A stretch of DNA of 64,000 nt from NCBI GenBank assembly GCA_037447435.1, contig JBBIGR010000005.1:64001-128000 (forward strand). The letters run 5' to 3'. This stretch comes from Fibrobacteria bacterium. Lineage in GTDB: Bacteria > Fibrobacterota > Chitinivibrionia > Chitinivibrionales > FEN-1185. This document shows, piece after piece, positions 10,396 to 19,527 of this stretch. Position numbers and translations under genes: made by a program. The notes below the pieces were generated by a model. It was given only the letters and a program-made list of their open reading frames with translations. It made no database searches and was not told the DNA's origin. Numbering within the stretch: the first letter of the stretch is position 1; every line of letters starts with the position of its first letter.

Positions 10396-10518
10396 TTATG
10401 TCGTTTTTCGCTGCAAACACCGTAATACAGATAGGTTTACCTTTGCCTCGGGAGCAAATCGGCGTAGCATACCTTGCCAGGAAATAAATGAAGGTGTTAT
10501 ATAGGAATGATTAAACAT
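10396..10518 (-). CDS. Putative 40-aa leader peptide
   Basis: MFNHSYITPSFISWQGMLRRFAPEAKVNLSVLRCLQRKTT*; stops about 30 nt before the terminator hairpin. Confidence 0.45.
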   Translation of the reverse strand: MFNHSYITPSFISWQGMLRRFAPEAKVNLSVLRCLQRKTT

Positions 10519-10685
10519 GAAAAATCCACTTATGGTTATTATATTTTAATAATATACATTAAAGAATTATTTAATCAACTTTTATTTATTGTACCGTTAA
10601 TTATTTTCCCGAATATGAGTTAGCCACGAGACAGGTATTTTTCCTAGGCATTAAAAAAAGTACATTTGCATTGGAGTATTTTTCA

Positions 10686-11513
10686 ATGATTAAAATCCTT
10701 GCCGTAGTGTGTTCGTTGTCTTTTTTTTTCATGGGGTATTCTGCGGAACAAAATACGGTTTCCATTCCATGTAGCAAAACCGGGAAAATTTTTAATGCGT
10801 CTGTGTTCCTGCCCCAGGATTATGCAAAAAGCGGATTCAATTACTCGACGGTATATTTGCTTCACGGATATAGCGGCGATTACGGCGTGTGGGCAAAAAT
10901 TGCCCCATTGGGTTCATTTTCCGATAAATATCAGGTAATTATTGTTTGTCCGGATGGTAATTTCAGTTCCTGGTACGTAAATAGTGTTTGCAAAATAAAT
11001 TCGAACTTCGACTCCTATATTTCCCATGACGTCATTGAATTTATTGACAAGACCTATAGAACCATAAAGAATGAATCGGGACGTGCAATTATCGGAACAA
11101 GTATGGGTGGACATGGCGCCACAACTCTTCTGGCAAAACATCCCGACCTTTTTTGCGGCGCAGGAAGCATCAGCGGCATTATGGACTTGACGGAATTCCC
11201 CGGACAATGGGACTTGGATCAGATATTCGGTGACTTTGATCATAATAAAATGTTTTGGAAAAGCAATTCATTTTATATGTTGCTTGAAAATCTTCAAAAC
11301 AAAAACAAAGGCCTCATCCTCGACGTCGGCGTCTCCGATTTCGCAATCAAAGGCAACCGCCTTACCCACGAAAAACTAATCGTCTTAGGAATTCCCCACG
11401 ATTTTTACGAACGCCCCGGCAATCACACGTTGCAATATGCACATGATGTGATAGAATGCCATTTCATTTACTTTAGTAAACGGCTATCCAGACCCGGCCC
11501 CCGACAACCGTAG
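10686..11513 (+). CDS. Secreted alpha/beta-hydrolase, putative esterase (CE1-like)
   Basis: Signal peptide; YLLHG, GTSMGG nucleophile elbow, DVGVSD, PGNH; GGAG RBS before ATG 10686. Confidence 0.88.
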   Translation: MIKILAVVCSLSFFFMGYSAEQNTVSIPCSKTGKIFNASVFLPQDYAKSGFNYSTVYLLHGYSGDYGVWAKIAPLGSFSDKYQVIIVCPDGNFSSWYVNSVCKINSNFDSYISHDVIEFIDKTYRTIKNESGRAIIGTSMGGHGATTLLAKHPDLFCGAGSISGIMDLTEFPGQWDLDQIFGDFDHNKMFWKSNSFYMLLENLQNKNKGLILDVGVSDFAIKGNRLTHEKLIVLGIPHDFYERPGNHTLQYAHDVIECHFIYFSKRLSRPGPRQP

Positions 11514-11558
11514 TCGCCTCCCTAAAAGCCCCGGAGACGGAATAATTTTTGATTGTTA

Positions 11559-11587
11559 TTGACTCATCCTTATTGTGTTTATATATT
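11559..11587 (+). promoter_or_regulatory. sigma70-type promoter
   Basis: TTGACT-17 nt-TATATT upstream of the hybrid kinase. Confidence 0.55.
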
Positions 11588-11664
11588 ACTGTATACTGTT
11601 TTGATTTTGCATTTGCCGTGGAGCCCTAATTCCTATAGGGAAGTCTCTTACATAAGGTTTTCAT

Positions 11665-14328
11665 ATGGATAACGATAAAAGCAATCCGTTGTCATCCGAC
11701 CAACTAATGGCCCTTTTTGATTTGGCCGTTGATGCTATTTTAATAGGAAATGCAAAAGGCGAAATTATTTTTGCGAACAAGCAGGCCAGCATTTTATCCG
11801 GTTTTGACATACAAGAACTCCTCAATTCAAATATTAATATTCTTTTCTCAAAAGAAGAGCGGGAGCGAGTACCTCTCAGGTACGACCTTTTAAACTTAGG
11901 AAAAATAGTCCGATGCGAAAGGATCTTAACTCGAAAAGATCGGGCGGCAGTCCATATCGACATGAATACGAAAAGGATGCCCGACGGAACCTATCAGACT
12001 TTTATTCGCGATATTTCCGAAAGAAAAAAAGTCGAAGAGGCTTTGCGACAAAGTGAAGAAAAGTTACGAACGTTTACAGAAGCCACTTTAGAGGGTATCG
12101 TCGTTTCGGAAAAAGGAATCATTCTCGATGTAAACAACCAGATTTGTGAAATGCTCGGTTTTCACAAAGATGAATTAATAGGAAGACCGTTGCTCGACCA
12201 AGTTGCCAATGAGCATTTGGATTTGGTAAAAAACGCAATTGTTCGTGGAACCACCGAACCGTATGAACATCTTGCTAAAAGGAAAGACGGGCAAGTTTTC
12301 CCGGTTCAAGTACACGCCAAAACAATGACCGTTGGAAACAGAACGTATCGAATAAGCGCAATAAGAAATATCTCGGATCAAAAAAAAGCAGAAAAAGCGC
12401 TTCGGGAAAATGAAGAAAAATTCTCTAAAGCCTTTAAAATCAGCCCGGATTCCATAAATATTAATCGATTTAATGACGGAATGTATCTGGAAATTAATGA
12501 TGGCTTCACCGCGATGACCGGATATACCGCCGACGACGTGATAGGAAGATCTTCTCTTCCAGACGATTTAGGGATTTGGGTTTATCAAAAAGACCGTGAC
12601 AGGCTATTGGAGGGTTTAAAAGAAAATGGCGAGGTACTGAACCTTGAAGCTGATTTTCGAAAAAAAAACGGCGAAATCCTTACTGGAAGCATGTCGGCGC
12701 GCCTTATAGAAATCAATGGCGAACAATGCATTTTGACCTCTACAAGGGATATAACCGAACGTAAACTTACCGAAGCGGCTTTGGCGGCAGAAAAAGAACG
12801 ATTGCTGGTCACTTTACGAAGTATAGGAGACGGAGTAATAACTACCGATGTTTCCGGAAAAATCACATTAATGAACCCCATTGCCGAAGAACTTACCGGT
12901 TTTTCCCTCGAAAATTCTTTGCAAAAGCCATTAAGTGAAGTCTTTAATATTGTTAATGAAATGAGCGGATTAGCATGCGAAAGTCCAGTTGACAAAGTAT
13001 TAAAAACAGGTTCAATCATCGGACTTGCAAACCATACGGCTTTAATTCACCGGGATGGCACAAAGCGAATAATTGCGGATAGCGGCGTCCCTATCCGGGA
13101 CAAAGCAAACTCCATTATTGGCGTTGTACTTGTTTTTCGCGACATTACCGATAAACAAAAAACCGAAGAGGCGTTACTTAATGCCCAAAAACTCGAATCG
13201 GTAGGACTATTGGCCGGCGGAATAGCCCACGATTTTAATAATTTGCTCAGTGGAATTTTCGGTCATGTCGATATTGCTCGGATGTACATGCAAGACGGCG
13301 ATCTTAAACGGGTTGCCGTTAGTCTCTCAAAAGCAATGTCGGTATTCGAGAGGGCAAAACACCTGACGGAACAATTACTCACTTTTTCCAAGGGCGGTGT
13401 ACCGATACGAAAAACGCAATCGGTTATAAAAATTGTGCGCGATTCGATACAATTTGTTTTGAGCGGCTCAACCGTTTCACCTGTATTTGAAATCCCGTCC
13501 GATATTTGGCTTTGCGATTTTGATGCACATCAAATTTCTCAAGTCATTGATAACATAGCTATAAATGCAAGGCAGGCGATGCCGCTTGGCGGGAAGTTGC
13601 TCGTTTCTATTGCAAATATCAATCAACTTCCGCCGGCGCCGCTCCTGCCGACAAAACCATATATCAGGATTTCGATACGCGATTTTGGGGCAGGAATTGC
13701 CAAGGAATACCTCCCCAAAATATTCGATCCTTTTTTTACGACAAAACAACAAGGAAGCGGTCTCGGTCTTGCCACCTCGTATTCAATTATCAAAAAGCAT
13801 GATGGTCACATTTCCGTTGAATCTGAACTTGGAACTGGAACTGTTTTTCATATTTTCCTTCCGGCGGCAACAGGACAACCTTCAATAAACGAAAATCAAC
13901 TGCATTCCCCGCATATGGGACAAGGTAGAATATTGGTTATGGATGATGAAGATTTCATTTTGGATGTTGCCTCCCAAATGTTAACTCATATGGGATATGA
14001 AGTGGAAACTGTGCCAAACGGTGAACGCGCGATCGAGGTAATAAAGCAATCGATTGTTACAGGTAAACGATTTATTGTTTCGATTCTCGATCTTACTATT
14101 CCTGGCGGCAAGGGCGGGAAAGATACCGCAGCAGAAATAGCAGCACTTGATCATTCTGTCATCAACATTGCATCGAGCGGATATTCGGAAGATCCGATAA
14201 TGGCAAATCCGACAAATTTCGGGTTTGCGGCACGGCTTGTAAAACCATATCGCTCTGAGGAAATAAATCAAGTCTTGGAAATCGTTTTAAAAAATAAATT
14301 CAATAAAACCGGCGAGTGCAATTTATGA
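11665..14328 (+). CDS. Cytoplasmic multi-PAS hybrid histidine kinase/response regulator
   Basis: Four PAS repeats (RDISERK, RNISDQK, RDITERK, RDITDKQ), H-box AHDFNN, FDPFFTTK, GSGLGL, receiver MDDE...LDLTIP. Confidence 0.95.
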   Translation: MDNDKSNPLSSDQLMALFDLAVDAILIGNAKGEIIFANKQASILSGFDIQELLNSNINILFSKEERERVPLRYDLLNLGKIVRCERILTRKDRAAVHIDMNTKRMPDGTYQTFIRDISERKKVEEALRQSEEKLRTFTEATLEGIVVSEKGIILDVNNQICEMLGFHKDELIGRPLLDQVANEHLDLVKNAIVRGTTEPYEHLAKRKDGQVFPVQVHAKTMTVGNRTYRISAIRNISDQKKAEKALRENEEKFSKAFKISPDSININRFNDGMYLEINDGFTAMTGYTADDVIGRSSLPDDLGIWVYQKDRDRLLEGLKENGEVLNLEADFRKKNGEILTGSMSARLIEINGEQCILTSTRDITERKLTEAALAAEKERLLVTLRSIGDGVITTDVSGKITLMNPIAEELTGFSLENSLQKPLSEVFNIVNEMSGLACESPVDKVLKTGSIIGLANHTALIHRDGTKRIIADSGVPIRDKANSIIGVVLVFRDITDKQKTEEALLNAQKLESVGLLAGGIAHDFNNLLSGIFGHVDIARMYMQDGDLKRVAVSLSKAMSVFERAKHLTEQLLTFSKGGVPIRKTQSVIKIVRDSIQFVLSGSTVSPVFEIPSDIWLCDFDAHQISQVIDNIAINARQAMPLGGKLLVSIANINQLPPAPLLPTKPYIRISIRDFGAGIAKEYLPKIFDPFFTTKQQGSGLGLATSYSIIKKHDGHISVESELGTGTVFHIFLPAATGQPSINENQLHSPHMGQGRILVMDDEDFILDVASQMLTHMGYEVETVPNGERAIEVIKQSIVTGKRFIVSILDLTIPGGKGGKDTAAEIAALDHSVINIASSGYSEDPIMANPTNFGFAARLVKPYRSEEINQVLEIVLKNKFNKTGECNL

Positions 14329-14394
14329 AAAGTCCGAAATTAAACGGATTCCTTCAACATTAAAACCACTTTTTCTTAATTTCCCATGTTGATT

Positions 14395-15174
14395 TTATCG
14401 AAGTCCTGAAATCATAGTTCGTAGTTCAGAATGCTCCCCAAAAGTAAAAGCAACGACAAAAACACCCGTCAAACATCCTGTTCCGTCAACTAAAGCAACC
14501 GAATGTTTTCCAGGCATTTGACTATTAACAAAAAAGGATCGCACAATCCGCCCGTTCATATCATAGACAGCAATGCCGACATTTACCGGTTTATCAAGTG
14601 AGTAGTTCAGTTTTTTTCCAGCCGTTATACGTATATCGTGTACTGCAACATCGGCATTCTTAGGAGCAGTTGCTGCGGTTGAAGATTTTAAGGTAAGCAT
14701 AGCTCCTCCCCAATCGCCATCGTCATTGTTATAATTATCACCGCCGGTAGTTACTTCCAATTTCATAGAATCTTTGCCATCGACATTTACAGTCAACTTT
14801 CGTGCCCCCATATTTCCTTTAATTAAGGCACTTGCAAATGCCAGAGAATCATTGACGAACACTTTGAAAACCGATGATCCTTGTCCGTTGACTTCGGTAT
14901 CGATACCGTAATCGGAAGAAAATGTCGTGTATGATTTATTTAATTTGTAAACGATATCGCTGAGCGCATGAACACCCAGCCCTTTGGCATAAACCGTTTT
15001 TCCTATTGTAATAGGTGTTTGGTTGATTGATTTGTCTTTTTGAACAGTACTCCATCCGCAGGTTGCAGAGACCCACGATAGATCGGAAAGATAAACGGTT
15101 GCAGCAGAAGCATCGTAAAAATTGAATGCACTTGTCATTACGCTAAGAATAAAAAACAATAAAAACTTATTCAT
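14395..15174 (-). CDS. Secreted NPCBM/NEW2 (CBM51-like) domain protein with C-terminal sorting-like domain
   Basis: Signal peptide; VYLSDLSW...GW...DKSI...KGLGVHA...DDGDW; tail VYDMNGRIV...GVFVV. Confidence 0.85.
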   Translation of the reverse strand: MNKFLLFFILSVMTSAFNFYDASAATVYLSDLSWVSATCGWSTVQKDKSINQTPITIGKTVYAKGLGVHALSDIVYKLNKSYTTFSSDYGIDTEVNGQGSSVFKVFVNDSLAFASALIKGNMGARKLTVNVDGKDSMKLEVTTGGDNYNNDDGDWGGAMLTLKSSTAATAPKNADVAVHDIRITAGKKLNYSLDKPVNVGIAVYDMNGRIVRSFFVNSQMPGKHSVALVDGTGCLTGVFVVAFTFGEHSELRTMISGLR

Positions 15175-15245
15175 CGGTATTTTCCTTGAATGATATTTTT
15201 AGAATATTTTCTAAAATACATAATTTTGAGGAGAAATTGCACATT

Positions 15246-15713
15246 ATGATTTACGATGCCATTAACCATTTTAATCTTTATTCCGGTTTGAATGAAAATT
15301 TTGCCGATGTACAATCCTTTCTTCTTTCGGATTTATTGCAACTTTCGTGCGGAACTCACTCGATTAACAATACTGGCACGTTTGCGATTATTAGCGAATA
15401 TGAGACAATGGATCGGTCGGAAAAAAAACCGGAATTCCACAAGAAATTCATTGATATTCAAATTGTACTTTCAGGAAAAGAATGTTTAGGCTATGCAAAC
15501 CTTGCATCATGCACAATACTGTCGTTTGATAAGGAAAAGGATTTCGGCCTTGCACAAGGCGACCTTTTGTATATGAGCCTTCTTCCGAATACATTTGCAA
15601 TTTTATTTCCTCACGAAGCACATATGCCCCAAATTCATTATAACGCAATAAAAACGTTTACGAAAAAGGTTGTAATAAAAGTACCGCATAACTTGGATTC
15701 TAACAGGCTTTGA
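15246..15713 (+). CDS. YhcH/YjgK/YiaL (NanQ-like) family protein
   Basis: EFHKKFIDIQIVLSGKE, FAILFPHEAHMP, KKVVIKV; GAGGAG RBS before ATG 15246. Confidence 0.9.
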   Translation: MIYDAINHFNLYSGLNENFADVQSFLLSDLLQLSCGTHSINNTGTFAIISEYETMDRSEKKPEFHKKFIDIQIVLSGKECLGYANLASCTILSFDKEKDFGLAQGDLLYMSLLPNTFAILFPHEAHMPQIHYNAIKTFTKKVVIKVPHNLDSNRL

Positions 15714-15721
15714 GGTATATT
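15693..15721 (+). promoter_or_regulatory. sigma70-type promoter for the RRM gene
   Basis: TTGGAT-17 nt-TATATT. Confidence 0.45.
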
Positions 15722-15775
15722 GCAATACGGCAGAAAATGCGTTTTTTTTTAACAGTTTCAAGAGAGGTGTCTCAC

Positions 15776-16078
15776 ATGAACATTTACGTTGGGAATTTGT
15801 CATTTGATGCAGGCGAAGACGATGTTCGCCAATTGTTTGAAGCACATGGACAAGTCACGTCTGTTTCCATCATCAAAGACAAGTTCACGGGAAGACCGAG
15901 AGGTTTTGCTTTCGTCGAAATGGCTCAGGATTCTGAAGCGCAAGCGGCGATCGCTGCTCTTAACGGTCAAGATCATAAAGGCCGTCCGCTTACGGTAAAT
16001 GAAGCGCGTCCACGCACGGAAAATCAAGGCGGCGGCGGTTTCCGAGGTAATAGAGGCGGACAGCGACATTCTTGGTAA
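15776..16078 (+). CDS. RRM-domain RNA-binding protein (Rbp family)
   Basis: RNP2 IYVGNL, RNP1 RGFAFVEM, VNEARPR, Gly/Arg-rich tail; GAGG RBS before ATG 15776. Confidence 0.96.
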   Translation: MNIYVGNLSFDAGEDDVRQLFEAHGQVTSVSIIKDKFTGRPRGFAFVEMAQDSEAQAAIAALNGQDHKGRPLTVNEARPRTENQGGGGFRGNRGGQRHSW

Positions 16079-16152
16079 TATGATAATATGCCGATCTTTT
16101 GCTTGCCTGAATAGTACTTATTACGTTGGGCTTTTAAAAGGATTCAAATATA

Positions 16153-16191
16153 AAAACAGGTCTTTGCTTATATTGAGTAAAGACCTGTTTT
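16153..16191. terminator. Likely bidirectional intrinsic terminator
   Basis: AAAACAGGTCTTTGCTTA-TAT-TGAGTAAAGACCTGTTTT inverted repeat between convergent genes. Confidence 0.8.
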
Positions 16192-16226
16192 ATTTTAAGA
16201 ACGCTTCACGAACACTAAAAATTCGA

Positions 16227-17852
16227 TTAAAACCATACTCTTGTTCGTGCCGAGATCAAATACTGATTTTTTCCTTTTTTATCCCAATTCGTTTGGATGG
16301 CCCATTGCCCCACATTTTTCTTAAAACAGCGAATTTCCTGGCTTAATCCGGTTCCAATTGTTTTTTCATCATGAGAATTACACGATATTTCCAAAAACGG
16401 ATCAAATCGCAACGCTGGTGAAATAAATAATCCAATCGGCAAACGAACCGTGTTTTGTGAGAATCCGTTTTCCCACACAAAACCATTATAGGAAACCGCT
16501 GCCGATACTATTCCGGGCTCAAAATCCTTTCGTGCCTGAGCATATACATGGTGTTTATTGTGTGTTGAAATAATTTGTCCATGCCATTCATAATTTAAAA
16601 CGTAATCAATAATGTGCGAACCTCGTAAGTACACTCCTGCTTTACAATCAGTATTTCCCATTGAGCTCACGATCCCGTAATTTAAACCTGTCGAAAATAA
16701 TGAATCGCCGTACAAGGCGGTCCGGCAATCAAAAACCGTCATTGCTTCAATACTCGAGTCTTGCCCGTCATTTACCAAAAACTGTTTGGCTTCATAGACT
16801 GTTTTGCTGTGAGCTAGCATACTATTTCTTGGAATAAATGAAATTGAGGCTTCAGAATTGCCCCGATCGCTTTTTGTGACAAATTGCATGTGGAATGGAA
16901 ACGAATGTAAATCGTTCATGTTAATACCGCATTCGGATGTTACTAGATACCCAAAAATATTCGATTCTACAGACACCCAAGTCAAATTTGCAGTTTGAAT
17001 GCCATCCGAAGTAAACAGTGCGGTTCTGGCAAAATGAAATGCGGAAGAAAAGCTGTCGCCCGAAAGCCCCATTGAAGCGGCAATTATTTCCTCTTCGGGT
17101 GACTTGTGTAGCGTAAGATCAGCAGAGAACTGTTTACAAAAATCAGATTCCATCGCAAGTCCGTTAAAGGAATGGTCATCCGCAAACAACCAATTTTCCT
17201 TTGCCGATTGCACCTTATTATCATGGTAAAAATGTCCGAGAAATAAAACATCTTTTCCATCAACGTCAATATTTCCCAGCTGCAATTTTAGGCCGCTATA
17301 CGGTTTCCAACGAATTAGACGGTCATGCCACAGCATAACGGAATCATTGGTATGCACGTTTCCGGACGCCGATAAATGCGACGTAGGGCATTCAAAAAGA
17401 AGTTGCGTTATGACAGAAGCAGACCGACGATTATCGCAACTGACGCCACTTTCAATAAATGATGGTCCGGAAACGGGGGTGGTTTCAAAGGATAACACAG
17501 GTTCAAATTTTTGCAAACATGGATAATCATTATAAAACTTGCTTATTTTTGAGGAAGACCACGGTTCATATTGACTCAAATCTTTTTTTTCTACCGGTAA
17601 ACCTTGACAATCGATTCCGTCAATTTTTTGCAACTGACTTAAACCGCCGTCCGGAACATTGATAGGCTGAGTATAAAACTGACGTAAGCTATTCCAAAAA
17701 ACGGAATCCAAAATTCCATTTTGAACCATAGATGCTGCTTCAAATTCATCATGCGGGATTACGGTTACTGGCGACACGCCTGCAATACAAAAAACTTGTA
17801 TTCCAAATAAAATCAGAGAACAATTAATGCAATGCAATTCAATCTTTCCCAT
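16227..17852 (-). CDS. Hypothetical exported protein, probable outer-membrane beta-barrel
   Basis: 541-aa ORF, N-terminal hydrophobic segment, amphipathic strands, terminal ...ARTRVWF. Confidence 0.55.
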   Translation of the reverse strand: MGKIELHCINCSLILFGIQVFCIAGVSPVTVIPHDEFEAASMVQNGILDSVFWNSLRQFYTQPINVPDGGLSQLQKIDGIDCQGLPVEKKDLSQYEPWSSSKISKFYNDYPCLQKFEPVLSFETTPVSGPSFIESGVSCDNRRSASVITQLLFECPTSHLSASGNVHTNDSVMLWHDRLIRWKPYSGLKLQLGNIDVDGKDVLFLGHFYHDNKVQSAKENWLFADDHSFNGLAMESDFCKQFSADLTLHKSPEEEIIAASMGLSGDSFSSAFHFARTALFTSDGIQTANLTWVSVESNIFGYLVTSECGINMNDLHSFPFHMQFVTKSDRGNSEASISFIPRNSMLAHSKTVYEAKQFLVNDGQDSSIEAMTVFDCRTALYGDSLFSTGLNYGIVSSMGNTDCKAGVYLRGSHIIDYVLNYEWHGQIISTHNKHHVYAQARKDFEPGIVSAAVSYNGFVWENGFSQNTVRLPIGLFISPALRFDPFLEISCNSHDEKTIGTGLSQEIRCFKKNVGQWAIQTNWDKKGKNQYLISARTRVWF

Positions 17853-18009
17853 AGCTTTGAAATCCCATCTGGGTTGAACCGCTTAAATATAAACTATCGT
17901 TGGCCAAAGTCAAGACAAAGTCGATTTTCCAAATCGCATAGTGTATTTTAAAAAAGTAGTTTTTTTGAAAACAGGAAATTCAACAGTCGTCCCTACCTGC
18001 ACAGCGCCT

Positions 18010-19527
18010 ATGATAGACAAAAGATATAATGGTATAAAAAGCAATCCCAACACCGAATTTGGTTCTGTTGATATTTGGGCTATGGCGATAATTGCGATTA
18101 TTTTGCTGGTACGATCAGTGTATATTTCGTTTCTTGGACTTATCCCCGATGAAACCTACTATTGGGACTGGTCCAGGGAACTTTCTTTTGGATATTTTGA
18201 CCACCCCCCGATGGTTGCCTGGATAATTCATCTTTCGAGCAAACTATTCGGCATTACTAACCTGGGAGTCCGATTCGGAACATTACTTGCGTCTTCTTTG
18301 GCGTCGGTTTTTTCATACGGACTTGCAAAACAATTTTTAAAACAAAAAAATTCTTTATTTTTCTTTATTATCCTTTCAAACAGCATTTTGCTTTTCGGTA
18401 TAGGTACACTTTTAGCTACACCCGATATTCCGCTCATTTTATTCTGGTCGAGTTCATTATACTTTGCCTATTTTGCGATCTTCAAAAGTAATACCGGATC
18501 CTGGATTTTGCTTGGAGCAAGCAATGGTATGGGTTTATTGTCAAAATATACCTTTATTCTTTTTTTTGTTTCCTTGCTCTTTTTTTTAGTTTTCTCAAAA
18601 CAGCAGAGAAAATGGTTGACCAAATGGCAATTTTACGCGTCGAATGCAATTTCGTTGATCCTTTTTATCCCGAATCTTCTCTGGAACTCACGGCATTCAT
18701 GGATTTCATTTGCATTTCAATTCACACATGGAGTTAATGCAAAAACATCTCTTAATTGGGATACTTTCGGGGAATTTCTCAGCGGCCAAGCCGGGGTTAT
18801 GTCGGGTTTCGTTTTTGCGGTTTTATTTATTGCTCTATTTAGGCTCTGGAAATCCGCGAGAACAAACGATCGAATAGCGTTTATTTTTTGTTTTTTTTGC
18901 GTGCCGTTTTTTGTTTTTATGGCAGCAAGCCTTCAAAAAAATGTTGAAGCAAATTGGGCTGCATCAGCCTATGTGGCCGGACTTTTACTTATAGGGGTTC
19001 TGTGGGACACTCTTGATCCTACACGAAATAAACTGCTTCGAAGGTTCATCTTTTTTTCGGTTCTGTTCGCCATTTTTTCCACCTGCATAGTCCTTATTCA
19101 TTTGCAATTTCCCTTTTTACCGTTGCCCCCCGGGAATGACCCGGCATCACAAGCACGAGGGTGGAAAGGTTTTGCAGAGCAAGTAAATCAGGTCCGTACA
19201 TCTTTTGACCCCAATCATACATTAGGCGTTTGCGCCAATCGGTACCAGGAAGCATCGATGCTTGGTTTTTTTCTTTCCGATCACCCTAAAACAACATCGC
19301 TATGCATTATGGCACGGCCCAATACTTATTCTCTGTTTTCATCCCGAAAATCAATTACCGCGAACGGGTGTATCTTCGTTTACCCGTCCCACGATCCTAT
19401 AGACAATCCGGAATTTTCCAAGTTTTTTTCTTTGCTGGAGAAACGCGGTCTTGCAGTTTTACAGTATAGTAAAAGACAGTCTACGGAATATACCGTCTAT
19501 TATGCAAAGTTACGATACCCCTTATGA
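18010..19527 (+). CDS. GT39/ArnT-like (PMT_2) membrane glycosyltransferase
   Basis: PDETYYWDWS, GYFDHPPMVAW, TPD, LSKYT, PNLLWN, ANW; start uncertain. Confidence 0.9.
   Translation: MIDKRYNGIKSNPNTEFGSVDIWAMAIIAIILLVRSVYISFLGLIPDETYYWDWSRELSFGYFDHPPMVAWIIHLSSKLFGITNLGVRFGTLLASSLASVFSYGLAKQFLKQKNSLFFFIILSNSILLFGIGTLLATPDIPLILFWSSSLYFAYFAIFKSNTGSWILLGASNGMGLLSKYTFILFFVSLLFFLVFSKQQRKWLTKWQFYASNAISLILFIPNLLWNSRHSWISFAFQFTHGVNAKTSLNWDTFGEFLSGQAGVMSGFVFAVLFIALFRLWKSARTNDRIAFIFCFFCVPFFVFMAASLQKNVEANWAASAYVAGLLLIGVLWDTLDPTRNKLLRRFIFFSVLFAIFSTCIVLIHLQFPFLPLPPGNDPASQARGWKGFAEQVNQVRTSFDPNHTLGVCANRYQEASMLGFFLSDHPKTTSLCIMARPNTYSLFSSRKSITANGCIFVYPSHDPIDNPEFSKFFSLLEKRGLAVLQYSKRQSTEYTVYYAKLRYPL

Noticed and set aside
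15710..15775. Upstream extension of the RRM ORF
   Set aside because: Contains the promoter and RBS; the family starts at MNIYVGNL
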